This document shows, piece by piece, positions 12,010 through 21,842 of a stretch of DNA of 32,017 nucleotides. The translations under genes were made by a program, and so were the position numbers. The stretch covers positions 50,622,765-50,654,781 of the forward strand of contig NC_068981.1 of NCBI RefSeq assembly GCF_001194135.2, in the 5' to 3' direction. The stretch comes from Octopus bimaculoides. Its lineage: Eukaryota. The notes beneath the pieces were generated by a model, which was not told where the DNA came from, did not search any database, and saw only the letters and a program-made list of their open reading frames with translations. Within the stretch, counting starts at the first letter, position 1. Every line of letters starts with the position of its first letter.

Positions 12010-12992
12010 GAAAGTTATCCTTGTCCATGTATGTTGCGTGTGTTAATACCTGCTGCGTTTCTATGCATATACAACCTCTGTTCAGTTATTATGTGCTTGT
12101 GTGGGTGTAGGAGTGTATGTTGTCTGTGTTCAGGTATTATGTGCTTGTGTGAGTGTGGCAGTGTGCATGATGGTGTGTAATGTCTGTACAGAGTTAAACA
12201 GTGTGTCTGGCTGCTCATATAGTGGTCTTGAAAATTGGTCGTGGGGATGTGGATAATTTTGTGTGGCGTTGTAAGTGGTCATTGCTAGTGTGTGAGGCTG
12301 GTATCAAATGAAAAGATGAGGTGAGGTTAGTGTCAGATGAAGATAGGAAGTGAGTTGAGCACATGTCGCACAAAGAAGCGAAGAGTGAAGATTAGTTCCT
12401 GTTCACAACGAAAGCAGAATACTGGATCGCCTCTGTGCAAAGATAGTTGGAACACAGAGAGATGTTGTAGCGAATTACGGGTAGAGCGGAAATGGCGCAA
12501 GACCGGGGCGTCATTGCCGAGTCTGATATCTGGAATGTACGCTGCAAACTGGTCAGCCAAGCGGCGTCCCATTTTCCCAATGTAGAGAGGACAGATAGAG
12601 CAAGGGATGCAGTAATTGACATGACTAGAAGTGCTGGTAAAGGAGTCGTTGATGTGATAGTCACAATGAAGTGTGCTTTTGAGGATCGTGGTGTTGGATT
12701 GGGTGTGCGGCAGTGTGTGAGAAAGCAGAAGAAGTAACTAAGTTAGGGTGTGGGGTTAGGGAACCAACTGTGAACCAGGTTATGAGATCGCTTGAAGGAG
12801 GCGGGGAAGGAAGTGCGTGGTGCAGGAGTCGGACAGGAATCGCAGGGAGACTCGGAGAATGGTGCACTGGAGGGAAGCGTAGAGTGGTGGTAGGTGAGGG
12901 AAACGGAAGATGGGCAACGGCGGGGCGGGTGCGAGGTAAAAGAGCAGAAGCACGGTCCACAGATCGTGCCCTGCCAAGAGCAGTGTGGATAT
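12010..12992 (-). mobile_element. Penelope-like retroelement (PLE-1), 5'-truncated and degenerate: linker + GIY-YIG endonuclease + 3' region
   Basis: Across frameshifts the minus strand gives HTALGRARSVDRASAL..SLTYH..ILRV..FKRSHNLVHS. It then reads YHINDSFTSTSSHVNYCIPCSICPLYIGKMGRRLADQFAAYI..PVLRHF..EQELIFTL..LNSLPIFI* (stop at 12333). This is the hallmark PLE GIY-YIG domain (NxxYCIxCxxC..YIG(E)TGRRLxxRFxEH). The 3' limit is approximate. Confidence 0.9.
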
Positions 12993-13004
12993 GCATATAC
13001 ACAA

Positions 13005-13229
13005 GCTGGCAGAACCGTTAGCACACCGGGCGAAATGATTAGCGGTATTTCGTCTGCCCGCTACGTTCTGAGTTCAAATTCCGCCGAGGTCGACTTTGCC
13101 TTTCATCCTTTCGGGGTTGATTAAATAAGTACCAGTTACGCACTGGGGTCGATATAATCGATTTAATCCGTTTGTCTGTCCTTGTTTGTCTCCTCTGTGT
13201 GTAGCCCCTTGTGCGTAGTAAAGAAATAA
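13005..13229 (+). mobile_element. SINE family A copy with alternative 3' tail
   Basis: Head and core match 7336-7546. The tail 'ttaatccgtttgtctgtccttgtttgtctcctctgtgtgtagccccttgtg' differs from the other two copies. It sits at the 5' break of PLE-1. Confidence 0.9.
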
Positions 13230-14943
13230 CACAAGCGAAAAATTATGTACATACGCATATATGTATATAATACTTGTATTTGAGTATCTGTGTTTGTGTA
13301 TGTACGTGTATGACTCTGTGTATGTGTGAGTGCGTATGCATGTGTGTGCAGTAGTATACAAATAATAACACAAAAACTGCATATAAAATTAGACGCACAC
13401 AGTTGAATACATATATACATGTATGCATATATACATATATACATATACTAAAATGGAATAGAGAGAATTTATAAACGCGCATGAACCACATATTTCTGTA
13501 TAGATACACACACACACACACACACACACACGTACACACACACACACATTGAAAAAACAACGGCCTTTCAACACGGATGGAATTGTCTTTAACTGCTCTT
13601 TCACCCTCTGTTTGTCTTTATATATCTATATATAATTTGCCGCTATCGGTCCAGCGGCAGGTTAGAAAGCATGTTTGAATGGTGATGAAGAAGTGTGTTT
13701 CTTCTCCCACTCCCACTTTTCAATATATATATATATANNNNNNNNNNNNNNNNNNNNNNNNNNNNNNNNNNNNNNNNNNNNNNNNNNNNNNNNNNNNNNN
13801 NNNNNNNNNNNNNNNNNNNNNNNNNNNNNNNNNNNNNNNNNNNNNNNNNNNNNNNNNNNNNNNNNNNNNNNNNNNNNNNNNNNNNNNNNNNNNNNNNNNN
13901 NNNNNNNNNNNNNNNNNNNNNNNNNNNNNNNNNNNNNNNNNNNNNNNNNNNNNNNNNNTATATATATATATATGTTAAATCTCTGAACGAGGTGTTAACA
14001 GTAACTGCACGATAAAGTGAAGTATATTTGCCATTTAAATGTGGCTGACCCCTAAGGGTGGATGTTACTGTTGCTTTTAGCCCCAGGAGAACATCTCCTC
14101 CAGCTGGCTTATCGACACATATCTGTGTCCTGTCTATTTTTGCCAAGGGAAGTTATCCTTCCCATCTTGATACATACATGCATACATATATATATAAATA
14201 CATACATAAAAAAAATTAAATAGAGAGATTTAATTGACAATCAAATAATTTATTTATAACATAATATAAGGTAACATAAAAATATTATAGAATAACCCAA
14301 AAAGTCAACAATTTGTTTCGACTTACATGCATTATTTGATTTATAAACAATTGATATCCATTTATATAAATCTCTTCGGTGCAATCGTCCAAAAGACATA
14401 CGAAACTTCATGTGACAGACGGCCAGATTGCAAAACATTCAAATACCTATGATTTGGAGCGTGAACGTTAACTTTTCAACTACGTAAAAAGTACAATTAA
14501 AAAAAAAAGCAACAATATTAATACGGACAAGATAATTAAGTAAATAGAATCTACAACTATCTAAATATATTTCTATATATCTCAAACAATATTAATTCAA
14601 ATTCGTTTAAGTCGAAGATAATCTTTGGCTATTTTAATAACATACGACAACAATATTAAGTTAAGTTTATTTAGTAATTCAAATAAAACAATTCATTTAT
14701 TATTATCATTATTATATTTTTATTATTATCATCAAGTAATAATTTAAATGAATGTATATATAAATACAATTATTTATTATAATGAAGATATCTTATTTGT
14801 GATTTGTAATTAATATTACATCATTAATATAATGATGTATTTTACATTAGATACAAGTATTTGCACAATAAAGATCTTAAATATTCTGAATTAATCCACT
14901 AACATATTGATTTTCTAAATTCTACATTATTATATAGATTAAG

Positions 14944-14963
14944 ATGACAAACATAAAAGATAT

Positions 14964-15006
<43 letters not shown>

Positions 15007-15197
15007 CGTTCTCATACATATACACATATATACAGATACATATATACACATACATATATTTACATATATATATACATGTATATATACACATATACATCTG
15101 TGCCCATATATACACAGGTGGATACGCAAATACATATAGCTATATATATATATATATATATAAATCCTTAAGAACAAACATATATATATATATATAT
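14944..15197. repeat. (CA)n/(TA)n/(TACA)-like low-complexity tract leading into a 613-N gap
   Basis: Direct alternating purine-pyrimidine repeats. Confidence 0.9.
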
Positions 15198-15816
15198 NNN
15201 NNNNNNNNNNNNNNNNNNNNNNNNNNNNNNNNNNNNNNNNNNNNNNNNNNNNNNNNNNNNNNNNNNNNNNNNNNNNNNNNNNNNNNNNNNNNNNNNNNNN
15301 NNNNNNNNNNNNNNNNNNNNNNNNNNNNNNNNNNNNNNNNNNNNNNNNNNNNNNNNNNNNNNNNNNNNNNNNNNNNNNNNNNNNNNNNNNNNNNNNNNNN
15401 NNNNNNNNNNNNNNNNNNNNNNNNNNNNNNNNNNNNNNNNNNNNNNNNNNNNNNNNNNNNNNNNNNNNNNNNNNNNNNNNNNNNNNNNNNNNNNNNNNNN
15501 NNNNNNNNNNNNNNNNNNNNNNNNNNNNNNNNNNNNNNNNNNNNNNNNNNNNNNNNNNNNNNNNNNNNNNNNNNNNNNNNNNNNNNNNNNNNNNNNNNNN
15601 NNNNNNNNNNNNNNNNNNNNNNNNNNNNNNNNNNNNNNNNNNNNNNNNNNNNNNNNNNNNNNNNNNNNNNNNNNNNNNNNNNNNNNNNNNNNNNNNNNNN
15701 NNNNNNNNNNNNNNNNNNNNNNNNNNNNNNNNNNNNNNNNNNNNNNNNNNNNNNNNNNNNNNNNNNNNNNNNNNNNNNNNNNNNNNNNNNNNNNNNNNNN
15801 NNNNNNNNNNNATATA

Positions 15817-15853
<37 letters not shown>

Positions 15854-16034
15854 GAGGCAACTCTTGAAATGTACACATGTGTTTTGCTTCCCTCTGGCAA
15901 AGTCAGTAGCAAGCTATATAGCTACAATGTCAAAGCCAAAACCAAACTGACCGTTTACATATATATTATTTGTAACGAAGTGGTTGCATACAAACTCGTA
16001 AGTACCATTTGCAAATAACCAAAACTTCACACTC

Positions 16035-17800
16035 ATACAAGAGAATCTATCTATATACACACTTCTGTTATACATTTTGATATCTTCAGGTAATCAAAGC
16101 CTCTTACACATAATTAACAGTTTATTCATATATCTGAAACAACCCTAAACAAACAACCAAATAATTTGAAGCTAACACCCATAAGAGAGTATATATCTAC
16201 ATATACTCTCCTTTAATACCATCAGATAATCAAAGCGTCACATACATCAGAAAGAATATATATACATATATCTGAAAGTGATAATATAAACCATGACGAC
16301 GAACCAGCAGTCTTACGACAAACGATATTGGTCTGTTAATGAAATTGACCTCCCATTAAGCTCATGGTTTTCTCTCTCCCAAGCAGAAAACATAAACAAC
16401 ACTTCGTGTCATAAGCACAAATACTCAACACGCGATTTGTTACGCAGATTTGCAGCAAGCTAAAACAAGCCACGGTTTCCTTCAAGCTAATTCAGGGTTA
16501 TTTTGAAATACCTCGATATCGTCGTCATCACCAACGCTGCCTCCATCGTCTTTTACCACCACAAATAATAAATATAAACCACTGTTTTCCTCCCCCACAT
16601 CGCAACCTCAATTCTACTATAGGATAAAAAACCTAAAAAGAAACTATGGAGCAGAATGCGTCCCCCACGACACTAACAAGTAACCCGAACATATGCCGTT
16701 ATTCCATACGTTTCAGGCTCTGCACACGTAGTGACTGCATCTTTACACATCTACCTGGCACTACACGCACAATCCAGAAAACACTACCAGCAAAGGCCAA
16801 AGGACGCATCCCACAATAACATCAACATCAACACCACCAAATGGTAAATTGAATGTTAAATCTGCCGGTATTCCAAACGCAAGGAACTACGTCTGTTGCA
16901 TGTGTGTCCCTTCACTCATCTTCCAGTGACCCGTCGCATTACAAGAAATGGGGCTCCAAGCCAACACACAAACCACAGTAAAAACACTCCCTGACACAAT
17001 GCTGATCTAGTCTTTTCACGAAGATACACAAACAAATCGTCAACAACAACAACAACAACAAAGGCCACAACAAAAGTGGAAACAACAGCACTATCCAACA
17101 GTACAACCACACCTCTAGTCAAAAATTTCTCCCTAAGCAGGAAAATTCTTTATTTAGCCATGTTGAACTTGATAAAACAGATACAAAAAATATTTTAGCC
17201 ATCACTCAATACCATCCTATGCTATTACCCCAGTGCACCAACTCCCCACATTGCTATCACTAACACACAATCAGGATAAACCCCCCTGCAACAGTCAAAA
17301 CCTGCTACCACACTAGCTTCTGCATATCTACACAATGCACAAGGTGTTAATCCCTCCATCAATGCACAAAAATGGAAAATCCAATTCATTGAGGATTGGT
17401 TTGGTAACCATCCACACAACATCTCTTTCTTCATTCTTACTGAGAGCCAGCTTGACAACTCCTACTTGAAAGTTAAAGTGAGGAATTTCACAACAATCCG
17501 CACAGATCGAGACGACAGAAGGAAGGGTGGAACTGCCATTTTCCTGCATGATTCCTTTTCGATAGATGGATATATGACATTCTCTAATGGCTACTGTGAA
17601 TGTATCACTGTGCACAAGAAAACCAATGACCTGATAGTCGGGCTGTATAGGCCACCTCGAACACCCGTACTGCGTTTAAATAAATGCCTGAACCGCATTA
17701 AGTACTTTATTCAACAGTGCCACTCTAATGACATAATTATGATGGGAGATTTTAATTTACCCTGTGTTGATTGGTCTACAAACAATTTGAAACCAGGCAT
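16035..17800 (+). mobile_element. CR1/L2-group LINE, 5' portion: 5'UTR, decayed ORF1 (zinc fingers), N-terminal AP endonuclease of ORF2; RT absent
   Basis: ORF1 remnant ICRYSIRFRLCTRSDCIFTHLPGT (16691-16762) is a C-x8-C-x4-C-x3-H finger. The frame open from 17280 reads YLHNAQG..FILTES..IRTDR..RKGGTAIFL..IVGLYRPP..IIMMGDFNLPCVDW, the classic APE motifs. It ends in a microsatellite at about 17800. The 5' limit is approximate. Confidence 0.88.
17319..17797 (+). pseudogene. LINE apurinic/apyrimidinic endonuclease domain (ORF2 N-terminus), truncated
   Basis: Motifs N-A-Q-G, LTES, RxDR, GG(T/V)AIF, YRPP and GDFNLP.VDW occur in order in one uninterrupted frame. Confidence 0.9.
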
Positions 17801-17848
17801 GCATGCATGCACACACACAAACCCACGTATATGTGTGTATGAATATAC

Positions 17849-17911
<63 letters not shown>
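17799..17911. repeat. (CATG)/(CA)/(TACA)/(TA)n compound microsatellite
   Basis: Direct tandem repeats. Confidence 0.93.
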
Positions 17912-17915
<4 letters not shown>

Positions 17916-18597
17916 TGGGAAAATAGAGGAAAAAATCGTAAATGATACACAGAAACACACAGATTAGAAATATATACACTCACCTGTGAGAAATAGAGAT
18001 AGATGTATAAAAAAAATAAACATAAATAGATAAAAAGATAAATATGAAAATATATTTGTGACTTGCCTGTGATAAATATAGGATATAGAAATAGATAAAA
18101 TATATAAATAGATAAATCTCTATAATGGGTATGGATACATAAAACATACGAATGGAACACATACACACATACAAACGCATACACAAGAATGTTCATGGAC
18201 GGCCACATCAATGTCAATAACGCGATTAACAACGATAGTAGCAACGGTGGTGAAAACGATGTCAATAACAACAACAACAACACATACACAGAGGAATACA
18301 GGACTGTACTGTGTTTTTGTGTCTTAGGACAGCAGCAGCACAATGGGGTGAGAAGATGGCGCTGAGGGGAAGACCTGCTAATATCTATGACACACACACA
18401 AGCATACATATGCATGCATACACACGCACACATACACACACAAACAAAGGCACAAACGCATGCGCACTGAAGGATACGCATCTCAGAAGAACAGAATGGA
18501 GTAAGTGGAGCAAGATCCAACACGAAAACTATGTGACGAAAGTTTTCCAGACAACGGACATGAATTAAAATAATGAAATAGTGAACAATAATAAACG

Positions 18598-18694
18598 AGT
18601 GCGTGTGTTTTTTTGGCAAAAAAAAAAGACGCCGTCTCGAAATACATCATTGACTGTTTCAACACACGATTTCCCATCAAGAATCTTGCAAAAC

Positions 18695-18697
<3 letters not shown>
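18598..18697. mobile_element. Isolated terminal arm of the long-TIR element (see 28197-28701), abutting (TA)n
   Basis: 18654-18697 matches 28658-28701 at 41/44 nt. 18598-18617 matches the reverse complement of the inner left arm (about 28235-28255). (TA)n follows immediately. Confidence 0.75.
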
Positions 18698-18761
<64 letters not shown>

Positions 18762-18774
18762 TGTTTATTTATTT

Positions 18775-18970
18775 ATTTGTGCCTGTGTTTGTACCCCTCA
18801 ACACTGCTTGGCAACAGACGTTGGTGTGTTTACGTCCCCGTAACTTACCGGTTTGGCAGAAGAGACTGGTAGAATAACCACAAGGATTACAAAGATTAAG
18901 TACAGGGGGCGATTTCTTCGACTAAGAGTTGGTGCTCCAGCATGACCATATTCAAAGAAGTAAAAGTAGA
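18775..18970 (+). mobile_element. SINE family B, 3' half
   Basis: 'tggtgtgtttacgtccccgtaactta.cggtt.ggcaga...gggggcgatttcttcgactaa...ggtgctccagcatgacc...aagtaaaag' is homologous to 6262-6434. Confidence 0.78.
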
Positions 18971-19004
18971 AAGTGTATATTTACATGTGTGTGTGCTTAT
19001 CTCT

Positions 19005-19109
19005 CCTTCCGTGTACCAGATCTATTTACAAGGCTTTAGTAGGCCCAATATACCACTCAGGAGGAATGAACCGAGAACGATGTGATTGGGAAGCAAAGGT
19101 ACTACCACA
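19005..19109 (-). mobile_element. SINE family B, 5' half (tRNA-like head)
   Basis: Minus strand 'tgtggtagta..ttgcttcccaatcacat.gttctcggttcattcc' has A/B-box-like spacing and is homologous to 6064-6170. Confidence 0.7.
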
Positions 19110-20672
19110 AATGTATACATACACACAATCATTCCTTGCCCCCAAATACATGTATTTACTCATGCATACATACACACACATATACACACATATATATGTG
19201 TGTATGTATATACATACACATATCTGTGTATGTATATACATACATATATTAGTGGGAATTTTGATGATGATGATGAGGAGGAGGAGGAGGGGGACATAAA
19301 GTCAGTGCAATCTTCATAATAAATTAGTTCAGTTATTATTAAAAAAAGCTGGAGAATGTGCAACTAACGTAAATGTTGAAGATAACGGGCTAAGTACCTC
19401 TATCCTTCTGGCGAAATCTGGTATTATTTCAATAATTGATAAGGCCGACAACTCGAAGTAGAAAGGTGTCTCGGGAACTATTGACCAATTTAAATCAATT
19501 CTCCTAGTTCCTAAATGTCTTTTTTTTTATGACAGTTTAGTTACTTGAATAGATCTGCTTTGCTCCTTTTCGCCTCGTTTGCGTTAAGTTTTCCTCAAAT
19601 ATAATCCTCAGAATCTTAATATTGACAGAGGGATGTCTGGATCGAAGAGAAACTCTAGAAGAAGAACTTCCCGATCGAAATGACCAAAAGGTCGTTGTCA
19701 TGTTCGGACACTTACAGTTTCAATTCCATAGTCAAAACGAATATTTCTTGCCTTTTCCCCTACTTAAAATGCCCTTTTCGATTCATACGACATGCAGTAT
19801 CTCATACGGGTCTTATCTAAGGTTATACGTTGTACTGTTAGACTATCGTCTGGCTGTTGATTTAAATCTAAAATGCTGAAAATGTTTTCTTGTCTAATTA
19901 TTTGGTTCATTATTGTGTACAACTTGTGGCACCACCATCGTAACACACGGACACTTCGAAATGCCCATTGTATGCTATACAAAAGGAACAGTAATGTAGT
20001 GAGGATTCCTCTTATGTTTTGAATTCGTGTATTGGCTATTATCATAACATTAATATCAATATAATCATATCCGAAAATATACTACCAGACGCAAAAGCTT
20101 TTAAAAGAAAGTATTTTTGATAGATAAAACTACACAGTTTTCAAATGAGACAACTTGCAATTAAAATTGCTTATTAAATGGTGAGAAGTAATAGCATAAA
20201 ATTAATCTGGCGTCTTGTATAATTTGGAATTAATTGAATCTTACATAACTTTTCTAATTTTGCGCCGTTTACTACTTGCAGGGTTCATCACGTTACACTT
20301 AAAGTGAAATAAGATGTTGTCCTTGTCTGCTTTCAAGATTACGTAGTGTTGAAACTTAGGTAGAATTGAAGTGATCTATCTTAAATTTGGGAGAGAGGAG
20401 TGCGTGCTTCTCTGTAGTTCATGCAATATATTTTAGAATTCGTTGTTTTGTTCTTGCATGTTATTTGTATATATTGCATTTATTGTGCATGCTAAATTTG
20501 TTATAGGCAATGCATATTCTTTTTTGTTTAGGATGAAAATTCATTATATAGCATTAAGCATTTTTTAGGGTGAGAATGTCTCTTAACTCTTTGCATACGT
20601 AGAAGAACGTGAATAAATATATATGTACATTTACGTGTGCATGTTTGTGAATACTGATATATAAACGGATAT

Positions 20673-20674
20673 AT

Positions 20675-20713
<39 letters not shown>

Positions 20714-21014
20714 TGGGTTTCAGCCAAATGGCTACGGTTATGCTGGTGCACCACCGTGATTTTCCGACTTTATGCTGTGCTCTCTTCACGTTCCTTGCAT
20801 GGCTCTTCTCCTCCACCTGATATAGTCCAATCAAGAGTTTTGATGGCACATCTGGTGTATAAGAGAATTTGACATCGCTGCCCTAAACTGTGTCTCATTT
20901 CGAGCCATTGGTTCGCCTGGTATCGTGGAGAGGGAAGCGTCGAGTTTTGTCTTGAAGACCTTCACATCCATGTCTTGCAGGTCTCTCAGATGTTTTGGCA
21001 GGACTTTGAAGAGC
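20673..21014 (-). mobile_element. CR1-group LINE 3' end (ORF2 C-terminus, 3'UTR, (TAAA)n tail), heavily 5'-truncated
   Basis: Minus frame 21013-20831 reads LFKVLPKHLRDLQDMDVKVFKTKLDASLSTIPGEP..RAAMSNSLIHQ..*, matching the CR1 C-terminal pattern (LFNxLP..FKxxLDxxLxxxPDEP..RAAxSNSL). The 3'UTR ends 'ggtggtgcaccagcataaccgtagccatttggctgaaaccca' followed by (TAAA)n at 20673-20714. Confidence 0.85.
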
Positions 21015-21092
<78 letters not shown>

Positions 21093-21119
21093 TAGATAGA
21101 TAGATGAATNNNNNNNNNN

Positions 21120-21183
<64 letters not shown>

Positions 21184-21260
21184 TAGATAGATAGATGAAT
21201 AAATATGAATGCGCATGTGTGTTTGTGTGTGTGTGTGTGAGTTTGTATATGTGTGTGTGT
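21015..21260. repeat. (TA)-(TG)n-(AG)n-(GATA)n compound microsatellite, duplicated across a 10-N gap
   Basis: The same TG-AG-GATA-'gaat' block occurs on both sides of N 21110-21119. Confidence 0.92.
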
Positions 21261-21265
21261 ATGAA

Positions 21266-21505
21266 GGCGCATGGATTAGTGGTTAGAGTGTTGCACTCAC
21301 GATTGCACGATTGTGGGTTCGATTTCCAGACCGGGCGTAGCGTTGCGTTGCGTTCTTGAGCAAAGCACTTGATTTCGCATTGCACTGCCATCGTTTTAAC
21401 CTGACATGGTGCACCTGTACAGGTTGATTTGATGAAGAGAGTGTGCTAATGTGTACACAAACATTCGATCACTATACATAAATCCTTTGTGTGGTTTCTC
21501 GTGAA
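21266..21505 (+). mobile_element. SINE family C copy (tRNA-derived)
   Basis: Head 'ggcgcatggattagtggttagagtgttgcactcacgattgcacgattgtgggttcgatttcc' has an A-box (TAGTGGTTAG, 21277) and a B-box (GGTTCGATTT, 21316). 'ttcttgagcaaagcactt' follows, as is typical of tRNA-SINE bodies. Only one copy is in the window, so the 3' end is approximate. Confidence 0.75.
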
Positions 21506-21609
21506 GAAATTTGTTTTTTTCTTTTTTATTCAACATAAAAAGCTAATACACAGAAAGGACAACACAGGACCAACAAAGCATGGTGGTTAAAATGGCATAT
21601 GGATGATCT

Positions 21610-21842
21610 AACCTCCTCCACTCTCCTCACTCCCTCTCACATCTACTTTCACTCACACACCACTCCTCTCTTGCTCCGACTCCTACTTCTCTTCACTCCT
21701 ACCCACCATCTCCCTCTCCCCTCTCTCTTTATCGTCATCCCTCGCTCGTAACCTCACCCCGCACAATCCAATCCCACATTCCCTGTCTATCCTATCACAC
21801 CATCTCTACCTACATACCCCACCTCTACCCCCACCCTCCCTC
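21610..21842. repeat. C/T-rich (polypyrimidine-biased) low-complexity tract running into a 702-N gap
   Basis: Strong strand asymmetry. The C-runs at 21817-21840 give GGG-A-GGG-T-GGGGG-N7-GGGG on the minus strand, a G-quadruplex consensus. Confidence 0.85.

Noticed and set aside
17912-18619. 235-aa minus-strand ORF, the longest gap-free non-TE ORF
   Set aside because: It consists of low-complexity YI/CV/LL runs from simple repeats, with no domain motif.
21029-21200. Duplicated TG-AG-GATA block
   Set aside because: The copies are separated only by a 10-N placeholder; likely an unmerged contig overlap.
21266-21340. tRNA-like A/B boxes
   Set aside because: No acceptor-stem closure, and it runs into a SINE body; called as a SINE, not a tRNA gene.
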